From NCBI GenBank assembly GCA_030650425.1, contig JAUSED010000008.1:132554-196553 (forward strand): a stretch of 64,000 nucleotides of DNA. The letters run 5' to 3'. Made by a program: the position numbers and the translations under genes. The notes under the pieces are model-generated. The model ran no database searches. It saw nothing but the letters and a program-made list of their open reading frames with translations, and had not been told where the DNA came from. Positions 38,544-48,507 of this stretch are shown piece after piece. Every line of letters begins with the position of its first letter. The stretch's first letter is position 1. Source of the DNA: Candidatus Omnitrophota bacterium (GTDB lineage: Bacteria; Omnitrophota; Gorgyraeia; Gygaellales; Profunditerraquicolaceae).

Positions 38544-40649
38544 ATGATAAGTTTAATTATTGAAATTTTATTAGTATCGGTAAGTTCGTATTTATTTGTT
38601 GCGCGTTTATTTCGTACACGTATTTTTACTGAATTTGTTTTAATTTGGTTTTTATTGTTTTTTGGCCAAATAATCCTGGTTGAGCTTTCTTTAGGTGCTA
38701 TTGGTAAACTATATCTATCGAATGTGTTTTTTGCTCACTTCCTTATTTTTTTAATAGCTTTACTATCTTTTCAACCTAAGCAGGCAGTTAATGCAATAAA
38801 GCCTGATATAGAATTATTTTTTAAGTATAGATTATTACTTTTGGCTCTTTCAGTTTTTATATGTTTTTTTTCAGTAAAGACTTTCGTTAATCTGATTAAT
38901 CCTCCCATATCTCCCGAGAGCCTGCAGTATCATCTTGCTTACCCAGCTGTATGGATAAGGAGCGGAAGCCTGGATAATCCAGCCTGTATATTTAACGCAA
39001 TGCCTATAGCATTTCCGAAATGGCGAGAGCTAAGTTTTGCTTCCTATTATCCTATTAATGCCGAGCTATTTTTCACATGGCTCATGCTTCCTCTTAGGAA
39101 TGCCTTCTTGGCTGACATAGGAGAGGTTCCATTCTATATTATTGGCATAGTAGCAGTGTATTCAATACTAAGGAAGTATAATTTAAAGAACTCAGTTGCT
39201 TTATTGAGCGGTTTTCTTTGGGTGCTTATTCCAAATATTTTTAAGCAGCTTAGAACTGGCTCTCAAATAGATGTAATTTGCGCAACTTTGTTTTTATTAA
39301 TGATTTATACTACTTTATTATTAAAGGGGAATTTTAATTTTAAGTATGCGGCATTATTCAGCATATCTACCGGGATTTTCTTGGGGACCAAAGCTACTAA
39401 TATTGTTTGGTTTATAGCTGCTCTTCCATTTATCTGCTATATATTTTATAAAGGTTTGAGGACGCATAGAATTAGACCGGTTAAGTGTTTTCTAATGTTT
39501 AGCAGCATTGCCTTTATAATAATTTTGTTTGGCGGGTTCGTCTATTTTAAGAATTTTATCTTTACCGGTAATCCGCTTTTCCCTGCGGAAGTAAAGGTTT
39601 TAGGTAAAACTATATTTAAGGGTTTACTGGATAATGCCACATTAAAAACCTTCTTGGCTTACGGAAACAAATTTAATTTGGGAAAAATCTTATTTAGTGA
39701 AGGATTGGGCGCGCAGTTTTTAGGATTGATTTTACCCGGTATGTTTATTCCGCTAATTTTTTATAAGCAAATAAGAGCAAAAGCTAAACCTTTAGGAGAA
39801 TACCTGCTGCTTTTTATGGTGCCAGTTATGATGATTATATTATATAGCGCCTTTATCAATGTAAATGTGTATGTAGTGCGGTATTTATTTCCATTCATAA
39901 GTATGGGGTTGATAGCTGCCGTTATTTTTATAAATTTACTTCCGAATGGAGAAAAATATTTCAACTTTGTTGCATTTATTTCGATTTTAGCATCAGCCTC
40001 TGAATTAGCGCATCGGCAGGAACTCATTATTTCTATCGCGCTGTCATTTATCTTATTTGCTATTCTACTTTTGTTTAAAAAACACTTTATAGCTTTTAAC
40101 AAAGGCCATATCTTTAATAAGTTTGTGTTAGCCTTTTTAATATTAGGAATATTATTTTTAAGTTATCTCAACGTTAAGTATGATAAGGAAGAATACGCGC
40201 GCTATCCTCTGACTTTTAGTAAAAAAGAAGCAAGGCAGACGGATATAGCTAAGGGTTGGCAGAAACTCAATGAAGTCACAGAGAGCGGAGCGCGTGTTGC
40301 CTATACAGGGCGGATGGAATTTTATCCTTTATTTGGCACAAACCTGAAAAATGATGTAAAGTATGTTTCCGTTAATGAAAAAGAAGCCACTCCTTATAAT
40401 GAGCCTGATGGGTTAATCCGGCAAATCAAGGATTTCCCTGCCTGGAGAGAGAATCTAAAGAAAGAAGGAATTGAATATTTGTTTGTGGCGCTTCCGTTCT
40501 TTGATAATAGGGAGTCGGAAGATCCCAGTAAATTTCCCATTGAAGATGAATGGGCTTCTTCTAACCCTCAAGATTTCCAGTTATTATTTAGTAATTCTTT
40601 GGCGCGCATATATAAAGTTTCAATATTAGACAAGGGACCATTGAGATGA
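38544..40649 (+). CDS. Large polytopic membrane protein, GT-C-like candidate glycosyltransferase (paralog A)
   Basis: About 13 TM helices plus a 200-aa C-terminal soluble domain. Shares colinear blocks with 44033..46111 (LINPP...YH, FLADIGEVPFYI, STGIFLGTK, FTGNPLFP, YTGRMEFYPLFGTNLKN). Confidence 0.5.
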   Translation: MISLIIEILLVSVSSYLFVARLFRTRIFTEFVLIWFLLFFGQIILVELSLGAIGKLYLSNVFFAHFLIFLIALLSFQPKQAVNAIKPDIELFFKYRLLLLALSVFICFFSVKTFVNLINPPISPESLQYHLAYPAVWIRSGSLDNPACIFNAMPIAFPKWRELSFASYYPINAELFFTWLMLPLRNAFLADIGEVPFYIIGIVAVYSILRKYNLKNSVALLSGFLWVLIPNIFKQLRTGSQIDVICATLFLLMIYTTLLLKGNFNFKYAALFSISTGIFLGTKATNIVWFIAALPFICYIFYKGLRTHRIRPVKCFLMFSSIAFIIILFGGFVYFKNFIFTGNPLFPAEVKVLGKTIFKGLLDNATLKTFLAYGNKFNLGKILFSEGLGAQFLGLILPGMFIPLIFYKQIRAKAKPLGEYLLLFMVPVMMIILYSAFINVNVYVVRYLFPFISMGLIAAVIFINLLPNGEKYFNFVAFISILASASELAHRQELIISIALSFILFAILLLFKKHFIAFNKGHIFNKFVLAFLILGILFLSYLNVKYDKEEYARYPLTFSKKEARQTDIAKGWQKLNEVTESGARVAYTGRMEFYPLFGTNLKNDVKYVSVNEKEATPYNEPDGLIRQIKDFPAWRENLKKEGIEYLFVALPFFDNRESEDPSKFPIEDEWASSNPQDFQLLFSNSLARIYKVSILDKGPLR

Positions 40650-41362
40650 CAGAAATTATTAACACCGGAGAAAGGATACTTTTAGAAAAGGAAACTCCTT
40701 TAATGATCGCGCGCCATTTTTGCGCTTATAAATTCGCTAAGGCTTTTGTCCTCGGTAAGGACGTTTTAGATATCGGCTGCGGAGAGGGATATGGCTCGGA
40801 TTTCTTGGCAAGTTATGCGAAAGATGCGCTGGGAATCGATTATGATAAAGATGTCATTAACTATGCGAAGGACAAATACAATAAAAAAAACCTGCAATTT
40901 TTTGTTTTGGATACCAAGGACATTAGCAGCCTACAAAAAAAATTTGATGTAATATGTTCATTCCAAAATATAGAACATATTCGGGATACAGGTAAGCTTT
41001 TAGGGGATATTTCAAGCCTATTGAATAATGAAGGGGTATTCATCTGTTCTACATGTAATATGAAAGACGCTTCTCCCGGCAGGAGTACGCCTTTTAATAG
41101 ATTCCATGTTAAAGAATATCTTGTGGATGAATTTAGAAATTTACTCAAAACGCATTTTAAGAAGGTGGAGGTGGCCGGTTTGAATAGAGGCCTAGCTTTA
41201 AGGGCCTGCCGCAGGTTAAAGAAAATTGGTTTGTTCAATTTCCTGCCGGAAAAGATCGATCCGGTTAAAGGATTTTTTGCGAAAGCGGAGTGCAGTTATT
41301 TCTTCTGGACCAAAAAAGGCATGGATAGTTGTCTGGATTTTATTGCCGTTTGCAAAAAATAG
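40646..41362 (+). CDS. Class I SAM-dependent methyltransferase
   Basis: VLDIGCGEGYGS motif I and DVICSFQNIEH. Confidence 0.75.
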   Translation: MTEIINTGERILLEKETPLMIARHFCAYKFAKAFVLGKDVLDIGCGEGYGSDFLASYAKDALGIDYDKDVINYAKDKYNKKNLQFFVLDTKDISSLQKKFDVICSFQNIEHIRDTGKLLGDISSLLNNEGVFICSTCNMKDASPGRSTPFNRFHVKEYLVDEFRNLLKTHFKKVEVAGLNRGLALRACRRLKKIGLFNFLPEKIDPVKGFFAKAECSYFFWTKKGMDSCLDFIAVCKK

Positions 41363-41377
41363 AGAGGTTAATTTTAA

Positions 41378-42775
41378 GTGAAAATTGCATTAGTCTATCC
41401 TCCGTCTCAGGAATTGAATCTCAAAGGTTATCCGCTTGGTCTTGCCTATTTATCCGCTTCACTAAAACGAAAACACGAAGTGGAGATATACGATTATAAC
41501 GGTAAGGAGTTTAGTAAAAGCCTAAGTTCTTTCTTTAATTCGATAAAACTTTCCAAACCCCGCCTTGTTGGGATTTCTTTTAATTCTTTTAACCGTTGGG
41601 GAGCCTATAAAATAATAAAAAGGATTAAATGGATAAATAAGGATATTAAGGTTGTTTTGGGAGGCGTGCACCCGTCAACGATGCATAGTCAGATTTTTCG
41701 ATATTTCTTTGGTTGCATTGATTTTATTATTCAATCAGAAGGAGAGGAGCCGTTTTATAAATTATGTAATGCTTTGGAAACTGGCGCAGATTACAGTAAT
41801 ATTAGCGGTTTAGTCTATAAAGATACTGAAAAAAGTTTTAAAGTGAATGCCGTGACTGAGAAAGTGAATAATTTAGATGATTTACCTATCCCGGATTATT
41901 CTTATGTCTCCTCAAGGATCAAGAACAGCCAATTTGCCTATCTTATTACTTCCCGGGGATGTCCGGTTAATTGTTTATTTTGTTCGACTTCGTCTTTTTG
42001 GGGCCAGAATATCAGGATGAACTCTCCGGAAAGAGTAGGGGAAGAAGTTGATTATGTCAAAGGCTTAGGCGCAAAGAGGATTTTTTTCCATGACGATACT
42101 TTCAATTTGGGAATTGATAGGACTATCAAATTAACGCAGATACTAAAAGATAAGGAAATAGAATATGCTATTTCCTGTCGTGTTAAACCTGTTAATGAAG
42201 AAATGATTGCTAAGTTAGTTGAGTCCGGCTGTAGGCATATAACCTGGGGTGTAGAGAGCCTTTCCGAGAAGATGTTGGGAACGATTGAGAAGAAAATTAC
42301 CCGGGAAGATGTAAGGAATGCTTTTGACATCTGCGCTAAATATTCAGATAGGATGTCTACCGGAGCATTTTTTTGCGTTGGGGCCCCGGGTGAAACCAAA
42401 GAGACAATAAAGAAGTCAGTTGATTATCTAAATAAATATATCAAATCAACCCATGGGCCGGGGGCTTCCATGCTCTATGTTCTACCGGGAACTAAGATTT
42501 ACCGCGATATGATTAAAAATAAAGAATTTGATGAGAAGACTTGGCTAATAACCGATTCGGTTTATTATTATACAAAGGAACATAATATATCGATTCTAAA
42601 TAGATGGCGTAAGGCGATTAATAATAGCGGTATAAGGTTGCCGTTTAATTATAAATATTTCTGGGATTATGCCACAGTTGAGCAGAAAGAAAAGGTTGGG
42701 GCTCTAAGGAAGGGCTTCCGTAAAAATATCAAGAAAATAGCCAGATTTATTAATATACTGCGTAACAGGTATTAA
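41378..42775 (+). CDS. Cobalamin-binding (class B-like) radical SAM enzyme
   Basis: GTG start. N-terminal B12-binding-like domain (KIALVYPPS...GLAYLSASL) and RGCPVNCLFC. Confidence 0.8.
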   Translation: MKIALVYPPSQELNLKGYPLGLAYLSASLKRKHEVEIYDYNGKEFSKSLSSFFNSIKLSKPRLVGISFNSFNRWGAYKIIKRIKWINKDIKVVLGGVHPSTMHSQIFRYFFGCIDFIIQSEGEEPFYKLCNALETGADYSNISGLVYKDTEKSFKVNAVTEKVNNLDDLPIPDYSYVSSRIKNSQFAYLITSRGCPVNCLFCSTSSFWGQNIRMNSPERVGEEVDYVKGLGAKRIFFHDDTFNLGIDRTIKLTQILKDKEIEYAISCRVKPVNEEMIAKLVESGCRHITWGVESLSEKMLGTIEKKITREDVRNAFDICAKYSDRMSTGAFFCVGAPGETKETIKKSVDYLNKYIKSTHGPGASMLYVLPGTKIYRDMIKNKEFDEKTWLITDSVYYYTKEHNISILNRWRKAINNSGIRLPFNYKYFWDYATVEQKEKVGALRKGFRKNIKKIARFINILRNRY

Positions 42776-42795
42776 ATACAACTAGGTTATGTAAT

Positions 42796-43365
42796 ATGAA
42801 TACAAAAGAATTTACTTTATTGGATAAATTTCTTTCTAATTATCGTTTGTCGGTAGTTATTAAGTATATTGAACAAGATGATGTTATCCTTGATTTTGGT
42901 TGCGGTGTTCAGCATTATCTACTTAATCGTTTCAAGGATAAATTTAAGTTTGGCTATGGGTTAGATTCTGATATAAAAGATTGTCAGAAAGGAAATATAG
43001 TATTAATAAATTACAAATATCAAGGTATCTTGCCTCTAAAAGATGATTTCTTGAATAAAATTTTTTTACTTGCTGTTCTGGAGCATATTGAAATGAAAGA
43101 TGTTGAAGCGCTTTTCTTGGAGTTCTCTAGAATTTTAAAAAAGAACGGACGCATTATTATTACTACCCCAACCCCACGGTGTAAAGCAATCTTGGAATTT
43201 ATTGCTTTTAAGCTGAAATTAGTTGCTGCTGAAGAAGTTGTTGACCATAAGCATTATTATATTGCAAAAGAGATCAATGATCTGGCAAGGGTAAATGGCT
43301 TAAGGGTTATTTATTCTAAGTTATTTCAATTTGGTTTAAATAGCCTTTATGTATTGGAAAATTAA
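42796..43365 (+). CDS. Class I SAM-dependent methyltransferase
   Basis: ILDFGCGVQHY motif I and LLAVLEHIE. Confidence 0.7.
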   Translation: MNTKEFTLLDKFLSNYRLSVVIKYIEQDDVILDFGCGVQHYLLNRFKDKFKFGYGLDSDIKDCQKGNIVLINYKYQGILPLKDDFLNKIFLLAVLEHIEMKDVEALFLEFSRILKKNGRIIITTPTPRCKAILEFIAFKLKLVAAEEVVDHKHYYIAKEINDLARVNGLRVIYSKLFQFGLNSLYVLEN

Positions 43366-43367
43366 AT

Positions 43368-44033
43368 ATGCAAACGACAAAGGATTTGTATAAATTACGT
43401 TTTGATGAAAACGAAAAATGCCGCAAAAATAACTTATGGAAAGTACTTTGCAAAAATTTTTTACAAAACTTTATTAATTCTGAGTCAACTGTCCTTGATC
43501 TAGGAGCGGGATTTTGCGAATTTATTAACAACATTAGGGCAAAGATTAAATATGCTGTAGATATAAATCCTCATCTCAAGAATTATGCTGAAGGTGGCGT
43601 GCATGTTATAAATACGGATTGTGCTAATTTACAAGAGATAAGCACTGGCTCAATTGATGTTGTTTTCTCAAGTGAGTTTTTTGAACATTTAAAAAATAAA
43701 GAAGAGCTATTCGTGATACTTAAAGAGGTGCATAGGATATTACGCGAAGGAGGTAAGTTGATTGTCATTTGTCCAAATATTCGCTATGTTGGCCATAAAT
43801 ATTGGGATTTTATTGACCATGGTTTACCGCTGACTCATTTGGGCATGCGTGAGGCGCTTCTGATGCACCATTATTCTTTAGTTAAGCTAGTGCCAAAGTT
43901 TCTACCTTATACTACCAAAAGTTGTTTTCCCAAGAGTCAGTATTTGCTAAAAATATACTTAAAGTTACCAATTCTGTGGAGGATATTTGGAACCCAGATG
44001 TTTATTATTGCTGAAAAGAAGAGAGTAGAATAA
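43368..44033 (+). CDS. Class I SAM-dependent methyltransferase
   Basis: VLDLGAGFCEF motif I and VVFSSEFFEHL. Confidence 0.7.
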   Translation: MQTTKDLYKLRFDENEKCRKNNLWKVLCKNFLQNFINSESTVLDLGAGFCEFINNIRAKIKYAVDINPHLKNYAEGGVHVINTDCANLQEISTGSIDVVFSSEFFEHLKNKEELFVILKEVHRILREGGKLIVICPNIRYVGHKYWDFIDHGLPLTHLGMREALLMHHYSLVKLVPKFLPYTTKSCFPKSQYLLKIYLKLPILWRIFGTQMFIIAEKKRVE

Positions 44034-46111
44034 TGGAAATATTTATTTTTTCTATTTTGAATATAGGTCCGCTTCTATGCTCTTATATGTTAACCCGTAA
44101 GTATTTTTCATTTAGAGGATATGTCGATACGCTACTCGCGTTCTTAATATTATTTTATACTCAGATTATAGCGACAATTACCCTGCTCGGAGTTCTCCAT
44201 ATTTTATACCTACGTAACATTCTGCTATTTAATTCAGTAATGTTTTTTCTGGTTTGGCTTATTTCAAGGCCGGCACAAGGTTGCAAAGTCAAAAATGATT
44301 TAAGCGGGTTTGTAGCGTGGCTACGTGCATTTTCTCTCACTGATAAGATTATAATTTTCTGTTTTTCTTTTATATGCGCCTTCGCCTTGGTTAAAGTGGC
44401 GGTTAATCTTATTAATCCGCCGTTTGGATGGGATGATTTGAATTACCACTTTACTTTTGCGGTAGAATGGCTTAAAAGCGGGACGCTTGTAACGCCAATA
44501 GTTGTTAGCGATTATCCCGCGCCAAGTTATTATCCATTAAATGGAAGTTTTATATTCTTTTGGCTATTATTGCCTTTTAAGAATGTTTTTCTGGCCGATC
44601 TAGGGCAAGTACCGTTTTATATTGTTACTTTTTTATGTATGTATTCTATTGGTAAAAAAGTCGGCCTTAGCCGCAGGTATTCATTTTACGCGGCTATCTT
44701 ACTTCTGCTTACGCCTAATTATTTTAAACAAATGAAGATTGCTTATGTGGATGTTATGGTGACTGCCTTCTTTTTACTCGCTCTTAATTTTTTGTTTAAT
44801 CTACGAAAGGATTTTAGTATCAAAAATATCCTGCTTATTGGATTATCCACCGGGTTATTAATAGGCACTAAAATAATAGTTATTCCGCACGCGTTAATTA
44901 TCGCTTTATATTTTTTATGGATATCATATTTACTATTTGTTAGAAATAAGCTATATTCCAGATTTCTTTTGTCAGTTGTTCTTTTTGTATTAGCCATTGT
45001 TGCTATGGGCGGGTTTAGCTATGCTAGGAATTTTCTTATGACAGGGAATCCTCTTTATCCTCTGCAAGTAAAAATATTTGGGATAACGCTTTTTAGAGGA
45101 GTGTTGGGAGGGGAGTTTATCAATAACGAGAATAATGGGTTTTCTTTAGGGAAGTTTCTTTTTCATGAAGGGGTGGGGGTAGGGTTTATTTTATACGCAA
45201 TACCTGGTTTAATACTTGCCGGATTAGGCTTAATAAAGAAAAGATCGGAGCATAAGCCGTATTTATGGTTTTTATTTATATTGATTCCATTCTTATATTT
45301 TATTTATCGATTTGAGGTTGGTGTCCCAAATATTAGATATCTCTATCCTTGGTTTGCGGTATGCTATATCTTGGTTATTTGGGGGATGTCTATTTTTACA
45401 GTTCCGGAAAAATGGATTCGGTATGGACTTATCGTATGCGTTCTTGCCTCAACAGGAGAATTCGCAAGACGCCAAGAATTAATATTTTCGTTTTTATTAT
45501 CAGTAGTATTATTCGCAATATTCCTTAATACCAATAGGATTAAGCGTTTTTTATTAGGCAGGCCTTATATAACATTCTTTATAATATTTATAGTTGGCGG
45601 TTCATTTTTACAATACCTTTATATTGATTACTCTAAAAACGAACTTAAACGTTATAATCTTTCACAAAAAAACTCTGGTTTTTGGCCTGAGGCTATTGAT
45701 GCCTGGATTTGGCTTGATCAGAATACGAGTGGGAATAATATAGCCTATGTCGGTAGGCCTGTACCGTTTCCTCTATACGGCACCAACCTTAAGAACAATG
45801 TATTTTATATCTCGGTAAACGAAGGTGAACCGTATCTGCATAATTATAAAAATGCGTGTTATTCTTGCAAGGGTGGATATGAAAATTTTCATAATGTATT
45901 AATGGAGACAAATAATTACCGAGGTAAGGCAGATTATAATACTTGGCTGAGAAATTTAAAGGTAAAAAATACGAACTTTCTTTTTGTCTATTCGTTGCAC
46001 CAAATAAAAGGCATAGATTTTCCTATTGAGGATGGCTGGGCTAAAGCGCACCAAGAAATATTCAGTCAGGTATTCACTAACAACACAATACATGTTTATA
46101 AAATAAGATGA
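44033..46111 (+). CDS. Large polytopic membrane protein, GT-C-like candidate glycosyltransferase (paralog B)
   Basis: Paralog of 38544..40649. WDDLNYHF acidic loop-1 motif after TM1, FLADLGQVPFYI, MTGNPLYP, and C-terminal YVGRPVPFPLYGTNLKN. Confidence 0.5.
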   Translation: MEIFIFSILNIGPLLCSYMLTRKYFSFRGYVDTLLAFLILFYTQIIATITLLGVLHILYLRNILLFNSVMFFLVWLISRPAQGCKVKNDLSGFVAWLRAFSLTDKIIIFCFSFICAFALVKVAVNLINPPFGWDDLNYHFTFAVEWLKSGTLVTPIVVSDYPAPSYYPLNGSFIFFWLLLPFKNVFLADLGQVPFYIVTFLCMYSIGKKVGLSRRYSFYAAILLLLTPNYFKQMKIAYVDVMVTAFFLLALNFLFNLRKDFSIKNILLIGLSTGLLIGTKIIVIPHALIIALYFLWISYLLFVRNKLYSRFLLSVVLFVLAIVAMGGFSYARNFLMTGNPLYPLQVKIFGITLFRGVLGGEFINNENNGFSLGKFLFHEGVGVGFILYAIPGLILAGLGLIKKRSEHKPYLWFLFILIPFLYFIYRFEVGVPNIRYLYPWFAVCYILVIWGMSIFTVPEKWIRYGLIVCVLASTGEFARRQELIFSFLLSVVLFAIFLNTNRIKRFLLGRPYITFFIIFIVGGSFLQYLYIDYSKNELKRYNLSQKNSGFWPEAIDAWIWLDQNTSGNNIAYVGRPVPFPLYGTNLKNNVFYISVNEGEPYLHNYKNACYSCKGGYENFHNVLMETNNYRGKADYNTWLRNLKVKNTNFLFVYSLHQIKGIDFPIEDGWAKAHQEIFSQVFTNNTIHVYKIR

Positions 46112-46812
46112 AATTATCGATAATAGTTCCGGCGCATAATGAAGAGGATAATATTGGAAGTCTTATCGATAAGATCGGGCTGATTTTGAAAATTGATTTT
46201 GAATTATTGGTGGTTAACGACCATTCCTCTGATTCTACAACAAGGATTGTCCTTGAAAAAGCTAAGCTCTTCAATAATCTTCGGTTAATTGAAAACAAAT
46301 CAGATGCGGGATTTGGTAACACATTACGGACAGGATTTGCTAATGCTTCAGGAGATTTTATTTTGCCTCTTATGGCCGATCTTTGCGATGATTTAGATAC
46401 GATTAGTATAATGTATGAAGAAATTAATAAAGGCTATGATGTGGTTTGTGGTTCTAGATACATTAAGGGGGGCGCTAGGATCGGAGGTTCTAATTTAAAA
46501 GGAATTTTGTCGTCTTTAGCTGGATGGAGCGCGTATTATTTATTAGGCATATCCACACACGATATTGCCAACGCTTTTAAGATGTATAGGAAAAAAGTTA
46601 TCGATAGTATTGATATTGAAGCAAAAGGTTTTGAGATATCTATGGAATTACCACTTAAAGCTTACTACGCGGGTTTTAAAATAACGGAAGTGCCTACGGT
46701 GTGGCGTGAAAGAAAAAAAGGTAAATCCAGTTTTAGAATGTTTAATCTAGTTCCCAATTATTTGAAGATTTACCTTTGGGCAATTAAGAAAAGGCTACTA
46801 AAACTAAAATAA
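46108..46812 (+). CDS. Soluble DPM1-like family 2 glycosyltransferase (polyprenol-phosphate sugar synthase-like)
   Basis: LSIIVPAHNEEDNI...LVVNDHSSDST and LMADLCDD motifs. No TM helices. Confidence 0.75.
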   Translation: MKLSIIVPAHNEEDNIGSLIDKIGLILKIDFELLVVNDHSSDSTTRIVLEKAKLFNNLRLIENKSDAGFGNTLRTGFANASGDFILPLMADLCDDLDTISIMYEEINKGYDVVCGSRYIKGGARIGGSNLKGILSSLAGWSAYYLLGISTHDIANAFKMYRKKVIDSIDIEAKGFEISMELPLKAYYAGFKITEVPTVWRERKKGKSSFRMFNLVPNYLKIYLWAIKKRLLKLK

Positions 46813-46813
46813 A

Positions 46814-47521
46814 ATGCAGAAAATTAAAACTGTAATATTATGCGGTGGCAAAGGAACGCGGATGGGTAAAGATGAGATACCTAAGGTTTTATTACCGGTA
46901 GGAGGTAAGCCGATACTTTGGCACGTAATGAATATTTACTCATATTTTGGATTTAATGATTTTATACTATGTTTAGGCTATAAAGGCGAGAAGATAAAAG
47001 AACGTTTTTCGGGCTTAAAGAAATGGAATATAGAATTTGCTGATACCGGAGAGAATGCCAATACAGGCGAAAGAATCAGAAAAGTCAGGAAGTATATAAA
47101 AGGAGATTATTTTTTTGCCACTTATGGGGATGGGGTTGCGGATATTAACCTGCATAAGCTTGTTAAATTCCATCAAAGACATAAAAAAACCGCTACCATT
47201 ACCGTAACCCGGCCTCTTTCTCAGTTTGGTATTGTTGGGGTAGACTCGCATAGCCAAATTGTTACGCATTTTAAGGAGAAGCCTATTTTAGACCATTGGA
47301 TAAACGGCGGATTTTTTGTCTTTAATCAAGATGTTTTTAGTTATCTTGAAGAAGACGATATATTGGAAAAAGACAGTTTTAAACGTATACTAAAAGATAA
47401 AGAGCTTAACGCTTTTAAACACAGAGGATTCTGGAGATGTATGGATACCTATAAAGACAATCTTGAATTGAATGAACTTTGGGAGAAAAATAAAGCTGCG
47501 TGGAAAATATGGGAGGAGTGA
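46814..47521 (+). CDS. rfbF: Glucose-1-phosphate cytidylyltransferase
   Basis: TVILCGGKGTRMG...GGKPILWHVMNIYSYFG, YGDGVADI, NGGFFVF and GFWRCMD are near-colinear with Salmonella RfbF. Confidence 0.85.
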   Translation: MQKIKTVILCGGKGTRMGKDEIPKVLLPVGGKPILWHVMNIYSYFGFNDFILCLGYKGEKIKERFSGLKKWNIEFADTGENANTGERIRKVRKYIKGDYFFATYGDGVADINLHKLVKFHQRHKKTATITVTRPLSQFGIVGVDSHSQIVTHFKEKPILDHWINGGFFVFNQDVFSYLEEDDILEKDSFKRILKDKELNAFKHRGFWRCMDTYKDNLELNELWEKNKAAWKIWEE

Positions 47522-48492
47522 TGAATGTTTGGAGAAACAAGGTTATCTTCATAACTGGCGCAAACGGCTTCTTGGGGTCGCATCTGGTAAAAAGGTCGCT
47601 TTCTCATGGAGCAAAGGTTATTGTGTTGATAAAAGAAGATATTTCCTTTTCATTGTTTAAGATTGAGAAAATAGGGAATAAATCCAAGATTTATAAAGGG
47701 GATTTGTTAAATAATAAGCTCATAAATTCTATATTTAGGGATAACAGGATCGATGTTTGTTTTCATATGGGGGCTCAAACCATTGTGGGCATAGCTAATA
47801 ATTCGCCTGTAGCTACATTTAAATCTAACATTGAAGGGACTTGGAATATGCTTGAAGCAGCCAGAGCCTTTGGGGTTAAGGCTATGGTTGTAGCCTCAAG
47901 CGATAAAGCCTATGGAGAGCATAAAAAGCTTCCTTATAAAGAAGAAGCGCCTTTAATTGCCCTGCATCCTTATGATGCCTCTAAGACTTGCGCTGATATC
48001 CTTAGTAGGACATACGCCAATATTTACAGACTTCCAGTGGTGGTTACCCGTTGCGCTAATGTTTATGGGCCGGGTGATTCTAATTTCTCAAGGATTATAC
48101 CAGATACCTGCCATGCGCTCATTAAAGGCAAAAACCCGATTATCAGAAGCGATGGCACACCTTTAAGAGATTATGTTTTTGTTAATGATGTTGTTGATGC
48201 CTACTTTCTTTTGGCTAAAAGCCTGTTGGAAAGAAAGATTAATTTCGGGGAGGCTTTTAACTTTGGGGTCGATAATCCGATAAGTGTAATTAAACTTGTA
48301 AAAATGATGCTTAAGATTTCAGGAAATACCGTATTATCTCCTAAGATTTTGGGTAAAGGTAAGCTAAAAGGTGAAATTGACAAGCAGTATCTTTCAAGCG
48401 CCAAGGCCAAGAGAATTTTAGGATGGGAACCGCAGCATTCGTTACAAGAAGGTTTGGAAATTACCTATAATTGGTATAGAGATCATTTATAG
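47521..48492 (+). CDS. rfbG: CDP-glucose 4,6-dehydratase
   Basis: VWRNKVIFITGANGFLGSHL, FHMGAQ, SSDKAYG and YDASK match RfbG/DdhB architecture. TGATG overlap with rfbF. Confidence 0.8.
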   Translation: MNVWRNKVIFITGANGFLGSHLVKRSLSHGAKVIVLIKEDISFSLFKIEKIGNKSKIYKGDLLNNKLINSIFRDNRIDVCFHMGAQTIVGIANNSPVATFKSNIEGTWNMLEAARAFGVKAMVVASSDKAYGEHKKLPYKEEAPLIALHPYDASKTCADILSRTYANIYRLPVVVTRCANVYGPGDSNFSRIIPDTCHALIKGKNPIIRSDGTPLRDYVFVNDVVDAYFLLAKSLLERKINFGEAFNFGVDNPISVIKLVKMMLKISGNTVLSPKILGKGKLKGEIDKQYLSSAKAKRILGWEPQHSLQEGLEITYNWYRDHL

Positions 48493-48507
48493 TCGTATAG
48501 GAGAATT

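Noticed and set aside
38544..46111. Recent tandem DNA duplication of the large membrane gene
   Set aside because: The two paralogs share protein blocks but appear well diverged at the nucleotide level by eye, so I treat this as an old duplication rather than a repeat.
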